Shown here: positions 29,001 through 41,000 of the stretch, one piece after another
How the letters are laid out: the number at the start of each line of letters is the position of its first letter
How positions within the stretch are numbered: the first letter of the stretch is position 1
DNA from: Azolla caroliniana
Taxonomy: Eukaryota > Plantae > Polypodiophyta
Assembly: GCA_043228905.1 (NCBI GenBank)
Contig: JBHGNT010000003.1
Span: 20,150,001-20,214,000 of the forward strand
Reading direction: 5' to 3'
DNA: 64,000 bases
Notes under the pieces: model-generated
What the model was told of the DNA's origin: nothing
The model's database searches: none
What the model saw: only the letters and a program-made list of their open reading frames with translations
Program-made: the position numbers and the translations under genes

Positions 29001-32000
29001 CGAGGTGCATGTAGACTCTAATACGTATAATATGTCAATAGATTGACAATATGCATATTTCGTTTTAATAATGACTTCTTAAGTTTCATCACAGGTATTT
29101 AATCGTCTTGGTATCATCAACAAAAAAAACTATTATCGGTTAACTAACATGGTTTCAAAGTATGGCTTACATTTACAAGTGAAAACTTACAAGAGATCTA
29201 CCCAGTACCGAGTATTAGTACGTGAAGACTACACCAATCCCCAGGTTGATGTTGGTTGTGCTAAACAAAATAAACACAAACAAGACCCTTGGGTGCAATC
29301 CAGGGGTAAACATGAAGCAGAAAAGGAAGAGATATTTGTATCTAGTCCTCTGCCCCAAATGCCAGAAAATACGTTGCCCCATGCTGAGGTGATATCAGAT
29401 AAACCAGCTGAAGATAAAACTCTAGTGATGGAATCAGAGATGGTGCCTTATAGAGAGGTTGAAAATTCAGAAGCAAACGAGTTCCCAGTACGTTTATGTG
29501 CTCCAGCTCCTTTTGCCTCTCTGGACACCATGCCTATTGCTTTTTCAAAATGCAATCAACGTGTCGTGGCATTGTCCAGTGCACACACACAGCGGGAAGT
29601 GCAGATTATGGAAAAATTAGAGGTGTGGAAGTTTGCTTTATAGTGTTTGGCACTTTCAGTTTTTACATCACTTAGCAGAAATTTAGAAAGCTTTACTGAA
29701 GTATTAAGATCTCTAGATTCTTTAGTCATGTCTTAATTCTATTTTTATTTCCTTATTTCCTTATTTACTTATATACTTAGTTCTGTTTGTTTTGATTTGC
29801 TGTTCTCAAAGATGAGACAACATTTTAAGATGTAATCTCTTGTTTAGTCCTATACACCATTTTGGTCTCTTAAAAGATATTAACATATCTTTCTTTCTTT
29901 CCGTGATCATGCATGTTTTAAAACCTTGAGTCTGTTCTCCATCTTATAACAACACAGATGCTGGATTTCATAATGACACATTCATGGTCTGCTCAGAAAA
30001 GAAAGCTATACATTTTCTCAATATAGTTGAAGTTATTTCTGAGAATCATGTCATCCTAGAGTAGATATGCTTGTTTTTATATGTACAAATTTTATTTCTG
30101 CTTCTCCTAGTAAATTCTAAGTTGTTTAGAATGTCTGAATTTTTCTATAACAGAAGGAGAAGTTTATCCTTCGAAGTGAACTGCATAAATTGTTGGAAGA
30201 TCTTGATGACAGAAAAAATACCCTTCTTGATAGAAAGACTGTATCACGCAACTTGCAGAAACTTCAGAGAGAAGGCCGTTGTAAATGTATATTGGTGAAT
30301 CTTCCTGGAGTCTCAAACTATGGACAAATACGTACAATTGATGTGGTTCTGTTGCCTTCTATTGAGATATCCCCAGATATATTGACGCAAATCTATGAGC
30401 GTCAGAGGGCCTTTGACAAATCAATTCGTCATGAAAGCTCAATCCGGTTGAGGAAGTCAAAGACTGAAGACATTCCTTCTTTGAGTGGAGTACAGAGAAT
30501 GCCGAAAGCAGAAATTGTAGAAAAAGGAAGAACCTTACAAGAAAATGGTTTTATTTCTCCAAAGCTAGTTCGATCCCGTTTGCTTCATCAGTTCTTATGG
30601 CTCTATATCTCGGGATTAAGAGACGAAAATACTCACTTGGAGGAATATGACGCAGTTAATGGTGGTGGAGTGGTTTTTTCATTGCTTGTCGCTATACAGT
30701 CAATGCCATTAGAGAGTTTCCTGCAGGTGATTGGTTCAACCAAACATATTAAAGGACTTGCTGAACGTTGCAAGCGCGGAATGAGATTGTCAGACCTTCC
30801 TAGAAAGGAGTCTGAATCTTTGCTTGATTTAAATGCCAGTGGACGTCTTGCTTGGCTTGTTGATATTCTCCGACGATTGAAGGTATGTGATTTGTTGTAA
30901 TGTAATACCCTTTGGAACTGTCTTCAGTATGGCAAATTGTTGCAAATACTAAACATTCTAGCTGCTGAAAATTGTTGTCTTTTAAGCTGCTTAGGATTGT
31001 TATGATACCTCCTCTTGTTAAAGATCATCCAGATAAGTCTGCACAAGCAGGGGTAGCCTATGCTTTAGAGCTGAATCCATATATCGATGAACCTGATTTT
31101 GAGCCACCTTCAACAATATCTGCACATGTCTTGAATCTTGGCCCATCTCCAAGACATTATTTTAAACTCTCATCTAAGGAAAGCGTGGAAGAGTATTGGA
31201 AGAGTTTAGAATATTTCTACCGGGGATCAGAGTCCCATATTGCAAGACGTATTTTTCCTGGTTCAACAGTGCCAGAGGTATGAAACATATTTTGGGGTGT
31301 AGCACAATAAACAGTTGTTTTTGTTGTAGGTGCTCTAATTATTCCTTAAAATTTTCTCCCTCTTTTCCTGTATTAAGCTCTTTGGAGTTCGGTCTTGGTC
31401 ATGTTTACGTGTTATGAGCATGGAACAGCGAAGGAAACTTCAAGAACGGATTGGTTTACATGACTCCAGGAGGCTTCCGTATGAAGAATGCGTAAGAATT
31501 GCACGAGAACTGAACCTTTCTCTTGATCAGGTCATCAAGATTTTTTTCTTGTGTTTCTTGGTACTTCTTCATATTATGAAAAATCTTACTGTAGTAATAT
31601 AGAGATGAAATCTTGAATATATCCTGTATCAACTCCCTGGATTCATAGGTCATTTAAGTTTCTTCCCGATTATTCGAGCCATTGTTGTGACTCATGTATA
31701 TGTATTTATAAGTACTATAGGGTCAAATTTGTTTATGGATTCCTTTTAGTATGCTCATTTGTGTATAACTAGGAATTTTATTTCTAATTTCTTATTACTC
31801 TGAGATGTATTATAATGGTTTAATGAAATCTTCATGCTCGATCTTCATTGTCTTAAAATATTTACAGTTGTGTTTTCTAAGTGAATAACTGCGTGGAGAA
31901 CTGGCATTTGATACTTCAAAGAATCCATTATAAAAGAAAAGGCTAGTTACTAGTACCTTCTCAAAGACGAGACAACACTTAATATCTAATCTCTTGTTTG

Positions 32001-35000
32001 GTCTTATAGGCCATTTTGGCCTCTTAAAAGACATTAATATATCTTTCTTTCTTTCTTTCTTCTTGAGTCTGAGTCCATTTGGAATTTAGATGGTTGTATG
32101 GTTCATAACCTTCTTTTAATCGCTAAAGTCACTCTGAAAGATTCTGCCTGAATAGTTAGTTAATTGTCATTAATATTCAGCTTTGCTTACTTAGCAAAGT
32201 TAGGTTGACCTCTACTGAAACCATTGTTTGGGCCTATGGATTATATTTAATTCTGGTGATTTTTGCTGACAGGTTTTGGGAGTTTCATATGAAAAGAATC
32301 AAAGAATCAAACAGGAGATGCAACCTTCAAAGAAAGATCCTTTGAACCCCTCACAAATAAACATAGCCCTGGGAACTAGGAGCCAGACAAAGAAACGTTC
32401 AGCCTCAAGTGGTGGTATTCCAGAAGAATCAGCAAGGCTAGAAATTAGAAAAAGGCGTAACCAAAATAGTTTGGATTTCCAAACTAAATGTGCTGAACAG
32501 GGATCCATTTTAGCAGATAAAAGCAATAATATAGGAAATCCTGAAGATGATGATTGCAATGAAGATTTAGCGACAAACCCTTTGCCTCAAATTTTGGTTC
32601 GGAAGTTTCGACCCTTGAGGAAAAAGAAGTATATGTGGACGGATGAGGCAGATAGGTGAGCTAAGTAAAACAAATGGCAAGTTCAATTCCTTTATACTGC
32701 TCTTGTATTTTGATGGGTGTTTTTCTATTTCTTCTAGAGTTCTTGTTGCATGTTATACAAGACAAAGAGCGATATTAGGTTCCAGATACAATCGTGTGGA
32801 GTGGAACTCAATATCAGGGCTCCCAGCTCCTGCAGATAAATGTAGAAGAAGAATCGTTTCTCTTAAAATGATTCCTACTGTCCGAAAGTCTATGATGGCA
32901 GTTTGTAATCTTCTTGGAACACGGTACACGAAACATCTTCGTTTGCATGCTGATCATGGTCAGAGCTCGCATAATGACTTATGGAACACAATGGCTGAAG
33001 AGAGTCTGGAAAGGGAAGTGTCTGATGGTAAAGTTTATAGCTGGGAAGATTTTGAAGATCCTATACTCTCAGCTGCCCTTAATGATATTATGCGGCGCAA
33101 GAATGTTGTACGATCAACCTCTTCAAAGAAATGTATTGAGACTTCTTCTGTAAGATTAAAGAGCTCACAATTTGGTCGTCAGCAATTTGCAGCATCGACA
33201 GACCATGACAGGATTAAGACAGGTGATGTGAAGTCTTCTGTGCCAGCAACAGGTTCTGATTGTTATACTGTTGAACGCATTCCAGAAAATGTTTTGCAAG
33301 CTTCAGATGAGGTAGTACCAGGAAAGTGTATTAATACACGCTCCCTTCCAAACATGAAGAGTGCTACTAGTGCTCGAGCCAGACCCAACAGGTTTAATGT
33401 TCGGAAGAAAATGCAGAGACCAACCACACTGAAGGATATCAGCAGCGGTGAGATGATAAGGAAGTCTGCAGGTGTAGCAATGGCTGTAGAACTCATAAAA
33501 TTAGTTTTTCTCAACTCGGCTGTGGAGTCAGAAGTGTCACAAATACTTGTGGATGCACTGCGTCGATGTAAGGAGGCTGATATTTTCACAGCTTTCAGAT
33601 TTCTGAAGGACCAGGCTTTGGTGGTAAGCTCTCAAAACTTTTGCCAATATTCCTAAATATTTTTAAGATCTTCAAGAAGATTTAGGATAACACCTTGAAT
33701 AAAATTAATATAGCATTTTCTGTTGTTTGATTTGTGGTAGTTTGTGATACATGTAGGCTGTTGGGGATGACTGCCATGCTTTTGTGCTCTCTCATAAATT
33801 CTATCAAAATTCTACTTCATCCCCATTTGTACTAACTACTAGTGATGAGTCCAAAAAATTTGAGAGGTGGCTTCGGGATCAGAAAACTCGTTTAGATGAA
33901 GATTGGGTGACTTTGGCATCCGAACCACAGTGGGGTGAACTGTTCCAACTTTTCTCCAATGTATTATCTGGTCAACTTTATATTGCACCCTTTTTACCTG
34001 AAACAGGAATTGGTGAGAAAGATCCAGATGAAACCACCCGAAAACGTAAAAGGGATTTTCCTATATCTGAGCAAGCTACCAAAGCTAAGACTGTTTCAGG
34101 ATGTGAAGAAGGTGGTTTTGGTCAGCGAAGAGAGAGAGGTTTTCCGGGTATTGAAGTGAAGGTTCACACTGCAGTTAAATCGTTTGAAAGTATGCTTATG
34201 ATGAGGACTGAAAAACATGCTCTCTTAGATTCATATAACTTCTCAACTTTGGAAGGTTCAGATGAGATGAATGTACCTGAAATCTTGGAGTTAGAGCAAG
34301 AGAAAACCTCAATGGAGAGGAATTCTCAGTATCATGCTACTGCGAATGAAGATAAAGATGAGGTGGGGAATTTCTTGAGACCGGAGGGTTTGGATAGTCA
34401 TTCTCTTGACCTCCATATTGTGGACGATAATTTCGAAGTGCCTATGTTGGAGCAAGTTCATGCCGCAATTTTAAGTGCAGGAGAAACAGGGATAAAGCTT
34501 GGGGATTCAATAGAAATCATCAGAGCTGAAGGTAAGGAACTATTTAATATGCATGTATGTTTATGCTTTATCTATGATATTGTGGTGTGCATGTGTTCCT
34601 TTGTGTACCCTTTTAGCACGCCCTTTTTAGGATGCATGTACCTAAGCCGACCCACCCTTTTAGCGCACCCTTTTTAGCTAAGCCAACCCAAATGGGTACC
34701 TTTGTATCAACTATAAATTGAGTAAGAAGTAAGAAGCTAACGAGACTGGTTTTGATATCTTATGTGCATTTCACATATTGGTGGAGATGATGGGTACCAG
34801 TCCCCCACATCCAAGCATCCACCTCTTCCCCCTCACCTTAGGTTGCCTGCTAACTTCTTGTCCCACGAGTTTCTCTGATCCCCCTCCTACACGATAGCCC
34901 TCCTGTCCCCCACCTCAGCCAAGTCCAGGTGGCCCTCAGTCCACAGGAGTGATTGATCTCTATCCGCCTATAGCCCTCCTGTCCCCCACCTTAGCCAAGT

Positions 35001-38000
35001 CTAGGTGGCCCTCAGTCCACAGGAGCGATTGATCTCTATCCGCCTATAGCCCTCCTGTCCCCCACCTTAGCCAAGTCCAGGTGGCCCTCAGTCCACAGGA
35101 GCGATTGATCTTTATCCGCCAATTGCTAGCTCGTTTTTCGTCACTAGCCCCATCCAACTATGAGTGCCGGCGGTTCCCGGGATGTCCTCAATGCCGTTGC
35201 AACTCAACTAGGTGTCCAGCAGATGTTTACATCCCCATACCCTCCTGAGACAAATGACCTCACCGAACGCCTCAACAAGAGCCTCAAGCAAGAGATGGCT
35301 GCACGAATCAGCCCTTTTCGAGCACTCTATGGGCGTGACCCTCGCCTCCCACAAGAATCGTCTATTGACGTCCATTCCAACCCTTGTCATCGACAGATAA
35401 AAGCCATTATCTCCCGCCATCGTAGGTGCTTCCCTCGCTTCGGAGACATTTCCATTTTGGATCGACCTATGCTAGAGATCTTTCGAAGACAAAAGCTACA
35501 ATATACCTAACTTGAGAATCACACATGTGCCAAAAACCACATTCCGTCGTTTCTTCTCTTTTCATCTTATTTACTTTTATATTTACTGTGTAATATTTAT
35601 TTTATTTTGATTTGTTCTCAAAGACGAGAAAACACTCAAGATGTAATCTCTTATTTGGTCTTATAGGCCATTTTGGCTTCTTAAAAGACGTTAATATATC
35701 TTTCTTTCTTTCTTTCAGCGGGGAAATGTGGTGTGCATGTGTTCCTTTGTGCTACCCTTTTAGCACACCCTTTTTAGGATGCATGTACCTAAGTCGACCC
35801 ACCCTTTTAGCATACCCTTTTTAGCTAAGCCAACCCAAATGGGTACCTTTGTATCAACTATAAATTGAGTAAGAAGTAAGAAGGTAAGGAGACTGGTTTT
35901 GATATCTTATGTGCATTTTACGATATGTCCAGAGAGGTGGATACTATTGTACATGGTTTGTCTCAATCAGGCCTGGTGTAGATTTTAAGCTGATATTCTT
36001 TTATTTCTTTCACAAAACACATATGTATGTCATCACATAACCTACTATTCAGTAGTTATGTTGAAGACATTGTTTAGTCATTACATCATCTCCCGGTTGA
36101 GGTCCTGTTGAAGAATATTATAGATGAGGTATATTCTTATTCTACAATAAAACAGAATCCTAGGATACTAATGAACATCAAGGTGACTGATGATGTTGAG
36201 ATGTACCATAGAGTCTAGAATATACATATAGTCTTACTTAGCTTGAATTCTTATATGGGAGAGGCTTTGCAGATCCTGATTTCATATTTAATATACGTTC
36301 CTGGGCATTGCATTAACAGGGTCGCATGTAGGGATTGTATGATCGCAGGGACATGTTGATCAGATGAGGGTTTTGGAGTATAGTTGTGCCAAAATAATCT
36401 TTGGTTATTTGTTGTATTGGTCATACCTGCACTGTTGAATGAAGTGGAATTATTATGGGAACAGGGGTTGATAAATCGGGTGAGATAGAAGCTAGATAGG
36501 GTAGTACATAAAATATTCACAATTAGACACAGGACACCTGTAAAGGTACCCAATAGTGACCAAAGGTCATTATGTCTGCCACTTTGGTGTTTTTATGAAA
36601 TACGGAGATGAACTATAGTGGTCATTATCATGTGGGTACTCATCGAGACTAAAGATCTCTCCAAAGCTGTCCAGTGGTGAAGGCTCGGTCCCCAAATGTC
36701 TACTCCATAGAGAAGAGTTGATGTTACAATTGTATCAAACAACTAAAATTTAGTTTGGTGGTTCGTGAACCGGGATCATCCATTGCATATCTAGTGGGAC
36801 ACAAGAGCTTCTATATCATTGCATGAGCTGAGTGGTACAATGTCGAAGACTTTCTGGAAATCCATAAAGAAACAATGGATTTCTCTTTAATAGTTTCCTC
36901 CCTCCTTAATAAGGGCTTGGAGGATCAATATGTGACCCAAAGTTGTGAACTCCTTATGGAAACTTGTCTATCCAACTGAACAACAGTCATCCTTTGACTG
37001 TGGGATCACGTCATATAGTTTAGGCAAGTAATGGATAATGATGGTAGTCTTATAATTGCAAGGTCTCGTGGATCTTTGCCTACTAGAGCTGTCTTCACTC
37101 ATAACTCTATTAAAATTGTGAGCAAGAAGCAGGAGCAATGTGTCACGGGCATATATGAAATGCTCACTCACCAATCCATCATGATCTTTGGGCCTTTCCA
37201 AATTGTAATCTATCAATGGAATTGCTCACTTTTTGTGGAGTACTAATGGGTTGATTCATGTGTGTGTGAATCATATGGGTGGGGGAGAGATGGCTGTCCG
37301 GAATGTCATAAAATACCTTTTCATATTCATGCCAATTTTGTGGTGAGGTCAGTTGTATGGTAGGTTGCGTCTCATTTTCCATTTTCCATTCTCTTTTACT
37401 TTCTTGTTGTAGGAACAATCTGTATACCTCTTCCTCAAAGTTAGCCAAATATGATATCTTGTTTTCCTCACAAGGCGTTGGAAGGCTGCTCTTGCTTGTT
37501 TATATTTACAAAACTCCAGGTCACTTCCCGTTCCAAGGTTCTCTGTGTTTCAAGACATTCCTCATCATACCTACTATTTTGTCTAGCTTTACCATGTAAG
37601 GGTTCATTGCTGACTGTGGTGTGTGGAAAGGCATTTGTTGCGGCATAATGTCATGATTTTGACAACCCTTGTGTGACTTCCTCTAGAGATGAGAAAGCAT
37701 CCAAATCAAGCATGCCATTAGATACTCCACAGCTACACACATCAATTGTTTCCTGAATAAATTGGTATTGAAAATGCCAATCTCCTTCTTAACACATACA
37801 TCCTTTTGGTATCCATATTCGCCGTGAAGTGTTGATATACATGAAATCTGTCATCTCGAGTAGAGGGATGGAGATCCAATAAAGTAATTGAACGTGCTTG
37901 CACCTCCCTTGGGCTTCCAACATGTCAAAGAATCTGATCTTAGCCATTGTGACAAACCAATTTTATATCACAAATCCATGAAGAAGATTGGGAGGTGAGG

Positions 38001-41000
38001 GCTTTTAGGGGTATGATTGGGTCTAGATGATAGAGTACTTCGTGGACATGCTTAAGTTTCAGCTAATTCATGGTTAAAATAGGTGATTGTAAAAGGGCTG
38101 GTGATTTGGAAGCAGGTGGTTGTGATTGTGTGCTGTTGGCAAGGGTTATGGAAAGGTGTTATCTGAACTGATTTTGATGATTTTATGGCTTCCTTTGTGT
38201 CAAGGATATAATCAACTCGTCTCCTGCCACCTTCTAGTGGGAAATAAGGCCAGTAGAATCTGACCATGAGTTCATCCTGTTGTAGATATCTGGAGGCCCT
38301 GGTTATAATAGATGTTTAGTATATCTTCTGTTGTTTGGTCCTGAGTTGGCTAAACATCAACAAAGTTTACTCCTGGATTACATACGCTTTATCCCGCTAG
38401 CATTCTTCTTGGGGTTATTTGATTGACTGTAAATCTTTTACTCGAGTTAAGCTGTGTTCAAGACTTGTATTGAGTTGAAAGTCTTGCAATAAATTTCCTA
38501 GTTGTTAAAGACTATTTAATTGATTGTCTATGGCTATGGATTGATGTGTACATATCCTGAATCTTACAGAAATTCTGAACAAGAGTTTTTTATTGCAGGA
38601 AAAGTGACGGTTGAAATCACAATATCATATGCAAGGGCATTACATTCACTTGAACTGGCTAGAGAGGTTTGATAACAATTTTATCTTTAGTGATTTTTCA
38701 TATCTTTGCAACCTAGTATTAGCTAATGGTGATGCAGTTATAGATGATATTTTTGAAGAAATTCGAGTAGATTTAAGTGCCTTTGTTTAAAACGAAAAAA
38801 GGAAAAGAAGAGGCTAGGTAGGAAGGGAGAAGAGGAGTGATAATTTTCCGTGGCTTAAGAGGGAGAAGAGTAAAGTAGTGATAATTTACCTCTTATGACC
38901 TTGTTTGCCATCAATAACGGATTTTGAATATTATACTTAAAACCTGACCCATCCTTTCTGTCTGTCAGGTGATGGCTTTTGACCATTTAAGAGTTGTGGC
39001 TGCACCTTACTATGAACGGTACTTCTTGCATGTACCAAAATCAGGTTGATTGATTGCCTTATCGTTTGAAGCAAATGTACTTTGCTACTGTATTTACATC
39101 CCATTATTTTCCAGGGAACGCACAAGAGGGTCCAGTAGAAATGGTTCCCATTCTACCTTGGTTGGAAGCAGATGGGAAAGAGAATGCTATCAGGCGATCA
39201 GCTCTGAACCGAAGAATAATGGGAATTGTTATGCTAAATCCTGGTATTCTGGAGGTAGTTTTACTACTGTAGATTGTAACATTCTAAATGCTGGCTTTGG
39301 AGAAAATATTTATTAATACATTGTGGAGTAGATAATAGCTTTTTATCTTTATTTTTGTCAAGTCACGTAGAAAATCTAAACCTGATTGTCTGGTTATTTT
39401 CTTCCAGGAATCTATTATTGAGCAAGTGGATGTGCTTAATCCAATGGTTAGTTTTACTATTTATGAACTTTAGAAATATAAGATTAAAATGGTCTTTCTG
39501 TACAATATAATATTAATAGTGTTATAATTGGGAAATCTATATGCACCGATGTGAATGTCCTATGTATTGTTGCTATTATAATGCAGCAATGAAATTACAC
39601 ACTATATACAGCATATTACATGCTTACAAATGAACTGGTAGATGACTGGATAATTGCGGGGTGCAATTCTAGTGAAATGCTAACGGGATGGAGTTATTGC
39701 ATTTCATGCTATAATATATATGTGTTAGGATTCCGTCCGTCCTAATGGGAGAAGTCGGCTATCAATTGGGAGAATCGGCAGTCAAATATGAACCGACTGG
39801 TCGGGCTGACCTGATGGTCGAAGACAATGTTGACTAGTCGCGCCGACCGGATTGGTCGAAAGACAGTCGGTTGGTCGGACCGACTGGATAGCCGACAGAA
39901 GGAGTCGGCTATGTGAATCGACGAGACTTTCAACTTGTGGGTCGGACATTTGAGTCGATCAGTCGGCCGATTAACTACTGTTATTATTAAATAATAATAA
40001 TAACAGATTCTTCCTATAAATATGGGAAGCTAGGGCAAACAGAGTTGTTGAGTCTGTTGTAGCAGTAGTGGAATAGAGTGTAGAACAGAAGGAGTGCAAC
40101 AAAGCAGAGACGAGAGACAGCGTGAGTGTTAATGTCACTCTTGTAAAACCCTAACTGGTGAATACTCTGATATTACAGAGTTCTTGTAATCTGTTTATCC
40201 TCTTGTATCTCTATTGTATAGTGCAAATCTGTTGCCTGTGGTTTTCCCCTTGTTTTAGGGTTTCCATGTAAATATTGTGTCCTGTGTATTCTCTGTGTTT
40301 TGCTGTTTTCTGTTCGGTACATCTTTTGATTCTATCTTTCTCGTAAATCAACGGTCTGAATCCAACAGTATGCATAAACAATGTAGTTTTTTTCCTCACA
40401 ATATTGGACACAAATGCCTCACACTTAATGCAGATGCAAAGTTGAGAAATTTCTTCTCTGTTTCTGCTCATGTTCTGCCTTCCACCTTGGATACGATTCC
40501 TTACATCATCCCAATGGGACTATAATTTCTTGACATATCCAGCTCTATCCTGATGATATTTTGGAGAATGACATATTGTGCATTTAATTCTTTTGAATAT
40601 CAGGTTGGGGAATTTATATAGATAAAATATCTCACCATGGATAGACTGAGTCAACACCTGGCATCTCTTGCAGCCTACCAGAGATGCTCATACCCATACT
40701 ACTATATCCAGATGTTATTGTGCTAATTTCGAGTTTTCCAGTGGGGCCGCAAAAACATCTAGACGCTGTTTACACATTCTGCTTCATGGTCTTTTATGAG
40801 TCTTATTAAAGTCAAGTTCATAGTACTTAACAACGACGAAGTATGAAGTATGGCTAAGTAGATCGGGCTGGAATTCCTTTTTGTTAGGGGAGAAGTGTAA
40901 TATACACGATCTTATGTGTACTTAGGTGTCACATTCACAGGATCTTCTCTCTATGTCTCTTGAGCTCTAGCAAGAACAGTCCCAAGCACTGAATCTTTGT

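Noticed and set aside
34894-35120. CRISPR-like repeat array
   Set aside because: No unique spacers and no cas genes; eukaryotic LTR-element context.
35160-35510. 116-aa ORF as a functional gene
   Set aside because: A chance fusion of a deleted integrase remnant and LINE 3' UTR; the catalytic core is incomplete.
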